A DNA stretch of 248,000 bases from Octopus vulgaris. Its lineage: Eukaryota. Location of the stretch: NCBI GenBank assembly GCA_951406725.2, contig OX597814.1, positions 169,156,001-169,404,000 on the forward strand. The letters are read 5' to 3'. The number at the start of each line of letters is the position of its first letter. Within the stretch, counting starts at the first letter, position 1. This document shows positions 207,806 to 223,400 of the stretch, piece by piece. A model generated the notes under the pieces. The model was not told the DNA's origin and did no database searches. It was given only the letters and a program-made list of their open reading frames with translations. Position numbers and translations under genes: made by a program.

Positions 207806-210800
207806 ACATATCATCTTGATATCTGCTTATCACCACCTTTCTATCTTTCTATCTATCCGTTTATATTTAACTTGTGAGTATATGATTTATATATATGTGT
207901 GTGTGTGTGTGTGCTAATATTTTCGTATGTTGTGTCAATATGTTCATTTATACGTAAGGCGCCCCTTATTTGTACGAATATATATATGTGTGTGTATAAC
208001 GTAAAGTGCGTACTGATATGTTCGCAACGGGCAAGTAACCCATTAAAACAAATATTTACAAACACCAGAAACAAATAAAGGACAAATAAAGCAATTGCAA
208101 ACAAATTAATAAACTAAACAACATTCGCGTATAGCTAGATATATCCCCATATCTATCAGTGTACTTATATGTATATACGTGTATTCATAAGCATATTCGC
208201 ACGCACATACGTACGTACATATATGCGAACTAACAAAGTGGGTCTCCGTCGGTTTCAATACTAGGAAGTCTGTTATTCGATATACTGAACTTGTGTATAA
208301 ACGAACGAACAAGCGACTTAGTATTCCACGACAGTAATACTTTTTTCCCCCCTAGGGATAGGATTGGCTGTGTGGTTAAGAAACCAGTTTTATCACGAAG
208401 TGGTTTCGGGTTTAGTCACACTGCACGGCACCTTGGTGAGTGGTTTCTACTATAGCGCTGACCAAAGGACGAAGACAGGTGGTGTAGAAAACAAACAGAT
208501 GTATTAGTATAACGCTCAGGAATAGAAAAAGTCTTTTACGTTTCGAACCTACGCTCTTCTACAGAAAGGGACACAGAAAAAACATGGAGAGAAAAAAATG
208601 TGTGTAGTGGCTAACGATCTTATATATATATATATTTGTGTATCTCTGTGTGCAACCATGTAGTAAATATATAAACAGGGCAACTTAATAAGTTCTCCGG
208701 AGATTGAAAAAAATAATGATAATAAATAATCGATGACCAGTCATAATTAATTTTCGAATTTTATTGAATTCTTATCAGTGGGAACTTTCATAAATTAGAT
208801 CTACATTACGATAGTGAGTTGCTAAGCTGTTTATATACTAAACAAATACATTAGTTACAAAGAACTGGGCCTAGTAATTTTTATATTACAAGTGTTTAAC
208901 ACTCTCTTAAATATCAAGAGCCTGTCAACGAGGATCTCAGTTCAGACAGTACCAAGGTATGATATATGGAACCTCTGTGTGTGTGTGTGTGTGGGGGGGG
209001 GGATTGTGCCACACTACAACCACTTGATAACCAGTGTTGGTATGTTTATATTCCTGTTACCTAGCAGTTCAGCAAAAGAGAACAATGGAGTAAGCACCAG
209101 ATTTTAAAATGAATCCTAAAATCCTAAAAAATGAATTTATTCAAATCTAGATTTAAAAATGAATCCTAAAATCCTAAAAAATGAATTTATTCAACTAAAC
209201 AAGTGGTTCTCAACCAAGGCTCATATGACCCTTGGAGGTCCACATAAGATTTTGTTGTTAAAATTTATGAGCAATGAATAGGCGCATGAGTGGCTGTGTG
209301 GTAAGAAGCTTGCCTCCAAACCACAGGGTTCTGGGTTCAATCCCACTGCATAGCACCTTGGGCAAATGTCTCCTACTATAGCCTCAGGCCAACCAAAGCC
209401 TTATGAGTGGATTTGATAGATGGAAACTGAAAGAAGCCCATATATATGTATATATATATACAGGGCCATGAATGATCTTATCCCATATTTTGGATTTATA
209501 TATGTATATATATATATATGTATTTGTGTGTCTGTGCTTGTCCCCCCACCATTACTTGACAACCAATGTTGGTGTGCTTACATCCCTGTAACTTGATGGT
209601 TTGGCAAAAGAGACCAATAGAATAAGTACTAAGCTTACAAAGAATAAGTCCTGCATAGATATATATACAGGCATGCGTACACATGCATATATGTACATCC
209701 ATATATACATGCACCTATATATCCATACATACATGCACATACATATTAGGGTGTGCTGAAAAGTTCCTGACTTTAAGGGTGTCATGAAAGGTCTGGTTGG
209801 AGGCTCAACCTTCTGAGTTTTTTGCAGGGCTTAGAAAAACTGAAGGACCGCTGCAATAAGTGTGTGAGTCTGAGAGAGGAATATGCTGAATAAAATCATA
209901 ATTAGCTGATCCTCCTGTATTTTCTTTTAACCAAAGCCCGGAACTTTTCAGCAATCTCTTGTACATATGGAGGTGCATGGCTTAGTGGTTAGGGTGTACG
210001 CATCATGATCGTAAGATTGTGGTTTCAATTCCTGGACCGGGCAACGCATTGTGTTCTTGAGCAAAACACTTCATTTCACGTTGCTCCAGTCCATGCAGCT
210101 GGCAAAAATGAATAACGTTGTGATGGACTGGCGTCCCGTCCAGCTGGGGAACGCATACACCATAGAAACTGGGAAACTGGGCCCATGAACCTGGCTAGGC
210201 TTTAAAAAGGGTGCAATGGTGGTGCATCAGCATGGCTGCAGCTCTGAGCTGAAACTAGAGAGAAAAAGAAATGTACACTCATGGATATACATATCCTTCT
210301 ATCTATGCATACACATATATATTCACATACATTTATGCATATTTACATACAAGCAAACTCAGATGTCATAATGGAGATATTTTAAATGCTTCCTCATCAC
210401 ATGTATGTACATAAACTGCTTTTATTATGTGTGTCCAGGACTGTCATAGTTGTAGAGCTTGTTGCCTAGCCTGAGGTCAACTGATCAAGTAAAATATTGA
210501 TCAAAGGCACTCCAACTGTGACAATCCTGTCTATATTATCAAATGTTCCCTTTAAGATAGAAGTCACCAGCATCAAAGCCATGCTGTTAAAGTTACAGTC
210601 ACACTGGGCAGGACACATTTCCTGAATGGAAGATTATCTTTGAGACAAGATTGTGCTGTAGGGCGAACTCTCCACATTTGACAGAAGGCTGCCAAAGAAA
210701 GAGTATAATAGGCACTTTGAAGAACTCCCTTGATGTCTATTAAATTGACTATTGACAATTGTCTGCTATTGCTTCCATTTGTGATGTATGGTGATATACC

Positions 210801-213762
210801 GTTTACCTATTTCTTTATTACCCACAAGGGGCTAAACATAGAAGGGACAAACAAGGACAGACATAGGTATTAAGTCGATTACATCGACCCCAGTGCATAA
210901 CTGGTACTTAATTTATCAACCCCAAAAGGATGAAAGGCAAAGTCAACCTCGGCGAAATTTGAACTCACAACGTAACGACAGACAAAATACGGCTGCGCAT
211001 TTCGCCCGGCGTGCTAACGATTCTGCCAGCTCACCGCCTTGTGATATACCTATTTCTTTACTACCCACGAGGGGCTAAACACAGAGTGGACAAACAAGGA
211101 CAGACGAACGGATTAAGTCGATTACATCGACCCCAGTGCGTAACTGGTACTTAATTTATCGACCCCAAAAGGATGAAAGGCAAAGTCGGCCTCGGCAGAA
211201 TTTGAACTCACAACGTAACGGCAGCCGAAATACCGCAAAGCATTTTGCCCGACGTGCTAATGATTCTGCCAGCTCGCCGCCTCTGCCTTCTGATATACTG
211301 TTTACCTGTTTGTCTCCTGCAAGACTGTATGTAGGGCTGCCTTTAAGGACAAAAGAAGACTAAGGAAGACTGTAACACGGATTGGTGCTGAAACTTGAAC
211401 CGAATTTCTTTTGCAGCTGCTGTGACTTGGTTTGCTTATTCTGTATTGGTTTATTTTACCATCCTTGAGCCTGGAGAGTTGAAGCCCAGTGGTGACTAAA
211501 TGGTGAACCCTCATTTGTGAAGCCAAGGAAAGATGATGAGGGTGTTATTTGAAGGAAACTCGGTTGCTATGTCTAGCAGGTTGAAGGACCATGTAGAGGT
211601 TATCTTGTTAGGTAGAGCATATGAAATAATGGGAAGGGGGAATGTATTAGACAATGTAGTCCTAAATATACTATTTATATATCTGTCTATGCCTGTCTGT
211701 TTATCCATGTACCTGTCTGTCTATCTGTCTGTCCATCCATCTGTTCGTCTGTCCATCTTGCCATCCGTTCATCTGTCCATCCATCCATTTGTCTCTTCTC
211801 TGTGCTAAACTAATTTAAAAAAGAAAAGGTGATCTTTCGTCTCTAGTAGACCTTTCCGTCGATTTCCGTAAAAAAATTTCTTTTTTTTTACATATGGGTT
211901 GCGGGAACTTTTGAAGTAATGAGAGCGAAAGAGACTAAGAGAAAGCGATTGTATGACGAGGGAAGTTCTTTTGAAGTTACCGTGCATGGGAGCATTGATG
212001 TGTGTGTGTGTGTTTGATGGGGTGTGGGAGACAGACAGTATGTTGTGTAAGTGAAGTGCTTCTGTTAGTGTGTGTGAAGAGACAGAGTAATGTGTGAAAG
212101 AAAGAGATAACTGAAATTTTTTACTCGGTGTATGTGTATATGTATGTATATTACTTCAAAAGTTCCCGCAAGCCCATATGTAAAAAAAAAAATTTTTTTT
212201 ACGGAAATCGATGGAAAGGTCTACTAGAGACGAAAAATCGCCAAAGAAAAAAAAGGTTTGACTGATTGATTATATAAAATATCCAAAGCAAAAATTCAAA
212301 AGCCAGCACATGTGAGAAAAAGTATACCACGTCACCTTATATACAAAATTCACCACAATTACGGAGATGTACTTGCATAGCAAGTGACTTGATCTGAGAT
212401 CGTGCGCTGGAACAAAAACAATTGCTGCGTGGAAGTTGTTTATAAGCCATTTAAGAAATACACAAAACCGTTAGATTCACTTCAACATTCAAATTTAATT
212501 TGTCAAAATATTATCGTCGCTTTGAGATCGCGACCTGTTCACTGACAATTTTCTCTCTATATATAAACGGCAGTTTGTCTGTCTGTGTGTCTGTGTGGCT
212601 GTCAGGTTGTACCCTCACCCTGACCACGGCTTTCAACTGATTGTGATGAAACTTGACACACACATAGCCCAATGTCATAATTCAAAACTAACGCAGCGAA
212701 AATTTTGAAAAGTTCCCCCAGTTCTGAAAGAAATCGATAAATTCGACATGGGGTCAAGAATCTAAGCTTTTTATATGCAACACATTTTCTGTTGTAGTTT
212801 TCACAACTTGCAATCGGGAGACAGCTAGGAACATCATATACATAGAAGTATTCGAGTTAAGAGAAGACATTGCAACCTACACATGCGCCTTCGTTCCCTA
212901 GAGGGAAAGAACTAGATTGGGATTAGCCGTTGCCTACTAGGGGTTCTTACATACCCGGGCAACGCCGGGCTATGCTGCTAGTTTTTTATAAAATATGATA
213001 TCCTGATTTCCTTTCTCCCATCGTTCCGTCTTCTTTTCTTTGTTTGATTCTTTTCTTTTTTCCTTCTCTATTCATTTTCATTTTCTTACTTTTTCTTCCC
213101 TCTTCTTTCCTTCGGTTTTTCTTTCTTTTTCTTTTTTTCTTTTTTTTCATTCTTCCTCCCTGCTCTCTCACTCTTTTCGCTCTCACTTTTTTTTATTTCA
213201 TTTTATTTTACATTCCCTAAATATGTCACAACGTTCAATAGTTAGAATAGTAAACTTATTTGCATAATGGGCCATAATTAAATATTTACAACAAATGAAT
213301 ATAATTGTCTTTACTAAGATTACATAGGTTTCTGAATTTCACAGACGTTATAACGAAAACACAGACTCATTATGTTTTGTGCACTAGTTAACGATAGATC
213401 AATCAAGATAATTGATACTTTGTACTTGAAATGTTTTCTTTAGAAATGGTAAGATGGTCAAAATCTGTGACAGGTGAATGGCAAGCTTAGTAGATCATAA
213501 TGCAAATACCATGTGGTGTTTGGTTATGTTCCTTTGTTTTTTTTTTGTTCAAATCCCACTTAGATTTATTTTTACCCTTCATCCCAATTGAGGTCAATAA
213601 AATAAGTTCCTAGAAACTCACTTTGAAACCATGTGATTTCTGGTTCATTCCCACTGTGTGGTACCTTGGGCTTGTGTCTTCTATGATAGCATCTGATTGA
213701 CCACTGCCATGTGAGTGAATTTTATTGATGGAAACTGTGTGGAAGGCAGGCATACACATACA

Positions 213763-213794
<32 letters not shown>

Positions 213795-214646
213795 CATACA
213801 TGCACACACACATATAGGTGCAGGCATGGCTGTGTGGTAAGAAGCTTGCTTCCCCACCCACATGGTTTCAGGTTCAGTCCCACTGTGTGGCACCTTGGGC
213901 TAGTGTCTTCTACTACTGCTTCAAAGTGGATTTGGTAGACAGAAACTGAAAGAAGCCTATCAGGCTTCTTTCAGTTTCTTAAGACGGCAAGCTGGCAGAA
214001 ACGTTAGTGCGCTGGGTGAAATGCTTAGTGGTATTTTGTCTACCGTTATGTTCTGAGTTCGAATTCAGCTAAGGTTGACTTTGCCTTTCATCCTTTCGGG
214101 GTCGATAAATAAAGAACCAGTTTCACACTGGTTTGTCCCCTCTATGTTTAGCCCCTTGTGGGCAATAAAGAAATAAGAAACTGAAAGTAGCCTGTCTTAA
214201 TGTCTGCTTTCCATACGGGCATGGGTTGGATGGTTTGACTGAAAACTGGTAAGCTGCACCACATTTCAAGCTGATTTGGCATAGTTTCTACAGCTGAATG
214301 CCCTTCCTAACACTGACCACTCCAATAATGTAGTGGGTGCTTTTCATATGTCACCACCTCAGTGAGGTTTCCATGTGCCACCAGTTACAAAACACCAGCA
214401 TCAGCTACAACTATGATCTCACTTGGCTTGATAGTCCTTCTCAAGTATGGTATACTGCCAAAGGTCTCTGTTACTTGTCACTGCCTCTGTGAGGCCCAAA
214501 GTTCAAAGGGTTCTTTTTATGTGCCACTAGCATGGGTGCCAGGTACGTAACACTGGCATTGGCCACAACTATGATTTCACTTGTCTTGAGAGGTCTTCTG
214601 AAGCACACCATATCACCCAATGTTCGAAGGGTGCTTTTTATATGTG

Positions 214647-214685
<39 letters not shown>

Positions 214686-217600
214686 TTTTGTATACATATA
214701 TCTATGTATCTGTCTTTGTGCCCCCATTATCACTTGACAACCCGTGTTGGTATATTTACATCCCCATAATTTAGCAGTTTGGCAAAAGAGACCAATAGAA
214801 TAAGTACTAGGTTTAAAATGTAATTCATGGGGTCAATTTGTTTGACTAAAACCCTTCAAGGCAGTGCTCCTGCATGGCCACAGTCAAATGACTAAGACAG
214901 CTAAAAGAATAAATGAATAAAAGAATATATATATATATATATGTATATATCATCATCATCATCATCATCGTCATCATCTTATGTCTGTTGTCCATGCTGG
215001 TATGAGCTGGATTGTTCGACTGGGCTGGCATGCTGGAAAGCTGCACCAGGCTCCAGTCAGATTTGGCACGGTTTTCTAAAGCTGGATGCCCTTCCTAACA
215101 CTAGCCACTCCGAGAGTGTAATGGATGTTTTTATGTGCCACTGGCACCGGTGCCATTTACATAACTCTGGCATCTGCCACGACTGCAATTTTGCTCAGTT
215201 TGATGGGTCTTCTTCTCAAGTGCAACATAATACCTAAAGGTCTTGGTCATTGCCCTCCATAAGGCCCAACACTCAAAAGACAGTGCTGGCTGTCTAATTA
215301 AGACACACTCCTTTTCTCGATTAAAGTGAATGTAAAAATCTACCAAAGGTATCATTTTAGATTGATCTTCCTATTTGTCAACCAACAAGGTATAAGTCTT
215401 AGGATGAAAGGTGGTACCTATGATCCTTACAGGGCCTCCAAGGTTTATGAAAGGGAAGGAGCCAGATATCCTCAAGCATGAACTTCACTAAAGTTTTTCA
215501 AGGTGACAAGTGGTGATTTTAAACCTGGCAATGGATTAAGTTTGTGACCCGAGTAGGCCTTGGTTGGATTAGAACACAGAGCACAAAGAGCTAGAACAAA
215601 TATCAAGGCATCTGGTCCTGAAGTTCTTCAGTTCTGCCATTCTTTTGAAGATGGTGTCCCAGCATGGCTACAGTCCAATGCTTGAAACAAGAAAACGATG
215701 AAAAATAAAACCTTGAATTGTATTTGTAAAAGTCTTCAGCCTATGATACCGCATGCTGCACACTTGTGCACTGCAGCACACTGTTTGAGAACCACTTCTC
215801 TAGACATCCATTGTGGCATGTGCAAGCCTATATTTTCCAGCTGGGGTTTCCCTCAACCTCAAGTTTATCCAACACATCTCTAGAACTTTTGCGAAACAGT
215901 GATAAATAAAGTAATTATATGTAAATGCATTTTGGTATTTAAATCTATATTCATAATTTTATTAAACACACACAGCAGAAGATCTAGATGTAGACCATGA
216001 ACAAGATGGTTGGATAATAACTTAAACTGATGGTGCTTTTTGAGAGGATCTTTTAAAGGCCTTGTTTACAAACTCTGTTCTCACAACCCTCACATGAAAA
216101 AGTGGGTAATGAAGAAGGATAGGTGAATGGACTAGCATGGAATATTCCTGACAGTAAGAAAATCCGGTATTGGTAGATAGTAAGATGACCCTACATGGAA
216201 AATTGCCTCTTGATAGAAAATTGTAAGGAAAATTATTTTAAATAAGTTCTTGAGTGAAGTGAAATTTCTGAAAGCATCTTGGTCATGTCTGATAGATAGA
216301 TTTAGGCTGCTGAACTTTTACCCTTTGGCATTAGGATTCTTCAGTGAAATATAATGCTTATTCATTCACATTGTTTTAAATTAAGCATGCATTATCTTGT
216401 AGCTTCAAGATTTCGATGATATGATTGTTTGTTTTTAGACTGACATTGTAGGGTAGGTATGAGAAGCGAAAGCTGACCAGTTTGAGCATAAAACAGGCAG
216501 AATATTTGGGCCAGATATGGCTAGTTTAAATGCTAAAGAGTTAAAGGCGAAAACAGTTTTATGATTCAATATCTCATGAAATTTAAAATTTATGAAAGAG
216601 AAAGAAAGAAAATGATTAATAAAGATATTATAATAATTTTTATCTACGAATCCCTTAAGACATGGTATTGTATTTCAAGGGGTTTCCTAAGACAAAGTAT
216701 GTGGAATGCTGCCTTAGAAGGTGATATCCAAGCTTGGCAATAGTTGTGTGGCTTAAATCTGTAAAAGAGTGTTAATAACTAATAACCCATTTATGTTTGT
216801 ATACTCTTTTACTCTTTTACTTGTTTCAGTCATTTGACTGCGGCCATGCTGGAGCACCGCCTTTAATCGAGCAACTCGACCCCGGGACTTATTCTATTGT
216901 AAGCCCAGTACTTATTCTAGCGGTCTCTTTTGCCGAACCGCTAAGTAATGGGGACGTAAACACACCAGCTTCGCTTGTCAAGCAATGCTAGGGGGACAAA
217001 CACAGACACACAAACACGCATATATATATACATATATACGACGGGCTTCTTTCAGTTTCCGTCTACCAAATCCACTCACAAGGCTTTGGTCGGCCCGAGG
217101 CTATAGTAGAAGACACTTGCCCAAGGTGCCACGTAGTGGGACTGAACCCGGAACCATGTGGTTGGTAAACAAGCTACTTACCACACAGCCACTCCTGCGC
217201 CTATTAATAAAGATATTATAATAATATATATACATTTTTTTCTAAAAAGTAGATTGCCCATGTATTTATTTCAATTAATTTTCAATATAATGAGGAGTTC
217301 GGAAAGGTTAAGTAAAAAAAATATCTGTAATTTTATGTATTGGTTAAATATTGATCTATTGAAATCTCGGGTCATTGTTCCCTTAGTAATGAGATTTTGA
217401 TATTGATTTTAGAATGAATATGGTAACTTGAGTAATAGCTGACTCTGGTGTACTGAAATATACACACACAGCAAGAATGAAAATACTGTTTCAATTATGA
217501 GGTCTAGAAATAAGAATTAACCCTATCATGGTTAAATTGCCAAACTGCAAAAAAAAAAAAAAAAAAAAAAAACCCCAAAAAAACAGAAAATGAAAAAATG

Positions 217601-220478
217601 AAAAAATTATAACTGAAAAAGTTTCAATAGCTGTCACATAGTACAATAGCTTGCATGCAATAATGTTGTACAAATGTAAGGAATCCTTAGAGCTCATCTA
217701 AGCTTTCAATTTTGCAATTTTCTTTCCATAATAGCATATTATTTGAAGCGTTAAGAATTATTAACAATTGGTATAGTAGGTCTAAAAAAGGTGTTATTGC
217801 CAGGTATACAATCAAAAGTGTCAGTCTTTGATCATGTGGCAGAAACCGTTATAATTTTCATTTTTTTTTTCTTCATTATAGCACAAGGCTGAGCATTTTT
217901 GTGAAAGGATATACCAAAACCAATGATACAAATCTTCTGTATGGATATTGCAAATCAGAATTACTTGAGTGCTGGAAAAAGTGCTTTGCTGTTATTCTTT
218001 TGGTGTTTTATAAACTGAGTTCAAATCCCACTGACATAAATTCTGCTTTTCATCTTTTTGGGGTCAAAAAAATAAAGTACCAGTTAAGTATTGGGGGTTC
218101 ATGGTACTGACTAGCCCTTCCTCCCTGCAAATTTGTTGCCATCTGCCTATATTAGAAACAACAAAAACAACAACTACTACCACCATCACCACCACCACTA
218201 CCACTGCTGCTGCCACTACCACCACCACCACCACCACTGCCATTGCCACTGCCACTGTTGCTGCTGCTACTACTGCTACCACCACCACCACCACCACCAC
218301 CATATATATATATATATATATATACATTATGTTTTCGTTTCTCATTGTGTTCAGCATTTTTTTTTTGATGTCCTGTACCCATATATGCATGTATATATAC
218401 ATATAGATGTAGGTATATACATATATGTATCTATATATATGCATATATCTATATATCATTTATATCATTATATGATCGAACACCACGCATCCTTTTCCAA
218501 GTAAGTTTTATCTTAATAATTATGATGCGCACTCTTCTTTACTATTTCTCCGGTCTATCTCTCTCCCTCTCTTGTTCTTCATCCTTTCTGTTTTTCTCTC
218601 CCACCCTTCTCTATTCTTCTCCTCTCCCCTTCACCGTTTCCTCTCTCTTACTCCTCCCCCCGACTCTCTCGTCACTGACACGTGATCAGAGGGAAGCCAT
218701 CTTTCCAACTGCTATCTTCACCAAGACCAGACCGTTTATCCTGTCTCTTATAATAAGCTGTCTCCTCAAGCATTCAGAATAATTTTTCCATCGTCTTGGC
218801 TTAACAGCCCTCATCATTTGTTTTTACCGTGTTATTCTCCTTGTCCTGTCTTTAACTGTTTTTACTTTTATTGTTTTTACTGTCTTGTTTTGTTCTTACT
218901 GTCCTGTTCTTGTTACCACTTTTACCCCTCCGCAAAAAATCCCAAATTTTATTTAATTTGCTTTGCGAGAAGGACTGTTTCAACGAAGTTACGTCTTGTC
219001 CTTACGTGAAGTAGATGAAACAGAGACAACTGAAGAAGGGGAATATTCCTTGTGTTGTATGTCTTGTACTCTGTTTTTTCGTTGTTTGAAAAAGTTTGTT
219101 TCCATGTTTTTGTTTTTATGTTTTCGTTTCTCATTGTGTTCAACGTTTTTTTGATGTCCTGTACCCATATATGCATGTATATATACATATATGTAGGTAT
219201 GTACGTATATGTCTGTATATATGGATATATTATATATTATTTATATTATTATATGATCAAATGCCACGCATCCTTTTCCAAGTAAGTTTTATCTATATAT
219301 ATATATATGTGTGTGTGTGTACACACACACATGCACACATGCACACACACAAACACATACACACACACTCACACACACATATGTAATTTCTGAAGTAGCC
219401 TGCAGATTTTAACACTTCTACAGTTTAATATCTTATTGACTTTGTTTTCCTTCACTTCTGCTGCTAATATCTCTAGAAAAGACATGCTTGGTAATGCTTT
219501 TCCGGTCTTTCATCTTAGAAGAAGGATACATACTGTCATGTTAACCAGGTAGATTAAAATTGCCATAGAGATTTATCATAACTCATTGAAGTCTTTCCCT
219601 ATTTGAGTGTTAATTCTGCATCTCAATGGGTTATGAACTAATCACAACTTCCATACTTTTGATACTCTTACCAATGAAGAAACTGGTAAAATACTCTCTG
219701 AAGACATTGGAACATTTGATGAATGACTGAGTACTGACTGAAAAATATCTACACATAATAAATACCGTGTTAATGCGTATCTCATCTGAGTTTGCTTTCA
219801 GTAACTCTCATTGTCAGTACTGACTGATGAGAGGTAATCTGCAGAAGATAATTGCATTAGTCATCCATTGATGGATTTGGTGTTATTAAATTAGAAGAAG
219901 TCATAATTGATTCGTCTATCCAAAAACACCTCTGTAGATTTATTCCCCAAAATCATTAGTGGCAAAGTACCAGTGGCATTTCAAAGATTCTTAGTTCTTG
220001 ATAACCCACTTTACCGAACTTTAAATAGGCATCTGTGGAATATGTAGAATTCTCTATTAAGTAGATATTGCTTGCTTTTCAATTAGGTAGAAACACCTAC
220101 TGTGTTGGTGAATAAATAGATGGAACTGCTGTGTTGCCAGAAAAATGAAAATAAAATTAGGCATTGACTGCAGTGAACTTCCAAAATGAGGACATCTGGA
220201 ATAATGGAGGTCCTAAGTTAATGGAAATAGTAGCCAAATTTTCCTCAAATCACATTTTGTTATTGTGAAAAAAGAACGCATTAGATGATGTAGTTCAAGA
220301 TACATTATGTCCGAGGAAGCCATTGGCTACATAATGTCATTATTCTGGATGTCATTATAATAGGAGTGCTAACCTAACAGAAATAGCAGCTAAATTTCCC
220401 TCAAATCACATTCTATTATCGTGGAAACAGAAGACTACATTTGGTGATGTAGCCTAAGAGCTGTAGGTTATTTAAGTT

Positions 220479-223400
220479 CATCATCATCATCATCATCATC
220501 ATTTAACGTCCGCTTTCCATGCTAGCATGGGTTGGACGGTTCAACTGGGGTCTGGGGAGCCCGAAGGCTGCACCAGGCCAGTCAGATCTGGCAGTGTTTC
220601 TACAGCTGGATGCCCTTCCTAACGCCAACCACTCCGAGAGTGTAGTGGGTGATTTTATGTGCCACCGACACAGGTGCCAGACGAGGCTGGCGAACGGCCA
220701 CGCTCGGATGGTGTTTTTATGTGCCACCGACACAGGTGCCAGACGAGGCTGGCGAACGGCCACGATCGGATGGTGTTTCTTACGTGCCCACAGCACGGAG
220801 GCCAGTCGATGCGGTACTGGCTACGGCCACGTTCGGATGGTTTTCTTGTGTGCCACTGGCACTGGTACCACAAAGATACAAATTACATTGATGTTCATCT
220901 ATTTTGATTTGATTTGATTTGATTTTCACTTGCCTCAACAGGTCTTCACAAGTGTCACAAGAAGGAAGGAAGGTATGCACAGGTGAACTGACAACGTCCC
221001 AGGTAGGGGCCACGGGTTATGGCCTGACTAGTCTTGCCGGGTCTTCGGATGATGTTTTTATGTGTCTCCGACACAGGTGCCAGATGGATGGTGTTTGTTA
221101 CGTGCCCACAGCACGGAGGCCAGTCGATGCGGTACTGGCTACGGCCACGTTCGGATGGTTTTCTTGTGTGCCACCGGCACTGGTACCATAAAGATACAAA
221201 TTCCATTGATGTTCATCTATTTTATTTTGATTTTCACTTTCACTTGCCTCAACAGGTCTTCACAAGTGTCACAAGAAGGAAGGTATGCACAGGTGGACTG
221301 ACTACGTCCCAGGTTGGGGCCACGGATTATGGCCTGACTAGTCTTGCCGGGTCTTCGGATGGTGTTTTTATGTGCCACCGACACAGGTGCCTAGTCTTGC
221401 CGGGTCTTCGGATGGTGTTTTTATGTGCCACCGACACAGGTGCCGGATGAGGCTGGCGAACGGCCACGATCGGATGGTGTTTGTTACGTGCCCACAGCAC
221501 GGAGGCCAGTCGATGCAGTACTGGCTACGGCCACGTTCGGATGGTTTTCTTGTGTGCCACCGGCACTGGTACCACAAAGATACAAATTCCATTGATATTC
221601 ATCTATTTCGATTTGTTTTGATTTTTTTGATTTTCACTTGCCTCAACAGGTCTTCACAAGTGTCACAAGAAGGGAGGTATGCACAGGTGAACTGACTACG
221701 TCCCAGGTAGGGGCCACGGGTTATGGCCTGACTAGTCTTGCCGGGTCTTCGGATGGTGTCTTTATGTGCCACCGACACAGGTGCCAGATGAGGCTGGCGA
221801 ACGGCCACGATCGGATGGTGTTTGCTATGTGCCCACAGCACGGAGGCCAGTCGATGCGGTACTGGCTACGGCCACGTTCGGATGGTTTTCTTGTGTGCCA
221901 CCGGCACTGGTAACAAAGATACAAATTCCATTGATGATCATCTATTTTATTTTGATTTTCACTTTCACTTGCCTCAACAGGTCTTCACAAGTGTCACACG
222001 AAGGAAGGTATGCACAGGTGGACTGACTACGTCCCAGGTAGGGGCCACGGGTTATGGCCTGACTACTCTTGCCGGGTCTTCTCATGCACAGCATACTTCC
222101 ATAGGTCTCGGTCTCTAGTCATTTCCTTGGTGAGACCTAAAGTTCGAAGGTCGTGCTTCACCACCTCGTCCCAGGTTTTCCTGGGTCTACCTCTTCCACA
222201 GGTTCCCTCAACTGCTAGTGTGTAGCACTTTTGCACACAACTATCTACAGCCATTCTCATCACATGACCATACCAGCGCAGCCGTCTCTCTTGCACACCA
222301 CAATTGACGCTTCTTAGGTTCAACTTTTCTCTCAAGGTACTTACACTCTGACGATTATGAACACTGACATTACACATCCATCGGAGCATACTGGCTTCAT
222401 TTCTTGCAAACTTACGCATATCCTCAGCAGTCACGGCCCATGTTTCACTACCATGTAGCATGGCTGTACGTACACATGCATCATACAGTCTGCCTTTTAC
222501 TCTGAGCGAGAGGCCTTTTGTCACCAGCAGGGGTAAGAGCTCTCTAAACTTTGCCCAAGCTATTCTTACTCTAGCAGTTACACTTTCAGCACACCCACCC
222601 CCGCTACTGACTTGGTCTCCTAGGTAGCGGAAGCTATCAACTACTTCTAGTTTGTCTCCCTGGAACGTGGTAGAAGTTGGTCTCTGCACATTTCCAGTGT
222701 TTATTGCTCCTGAGCATCTGCCACAGACAAAAACTATTTTCCTAGTTAGCCTTCCTTTGACATTGCTGAACCTCTTATGTGTCCATAGCTTACACTTGGT
222801 GCACCTTATAGAGTTTCTACCTACACCTTTTTTACAGATCGAGCAGGGCCATCTACCTGAAGTCGTTTGTGATTGGTCCACCTTCCTACTTATTAGGACT
222901 TTGGTTTTGGCTAGGTTGATTCTAAGGCCCTTCGATTCTAATCCTTGTTTCCACACCTGAAACTTCTCCTCCAGTTCTGATAGTGACTCAGTAATTAGAG
223001 CAAGGTCGTCAGCATAGAGGAGCTCCCAGGGGCATCCTGTCTTGAATTCCTCCGTTATTGCCTGGAGGACTATGATAAATAGGAGGGGACTGAGGACTGA
223101 ACCTTGGTGGACCCCAACCTCTACCCGGAATTCTTCACTGTACTCGTTGCCAACCCTCACCTTACTAGCAGCGTCTCTGTACATGGCTTGCACAGCTCTC
223201 ACTAACCATTCATCTATCCCTAGTTTTCTCATTGACCACCAGATAAGGGATCGGGGGACCCTGTCAAAGGCTTTCTCCAAGTCAACAAAAGCCAGGTACA
223301 AGGGCTTGTCTTTGGCTAGGTATTTCTCCTGCAGCTGTCTTACCAGGAATATAGCATCAGTAGTACTTTTCCCTGGCACGAACCCAAACTGCATATCATC

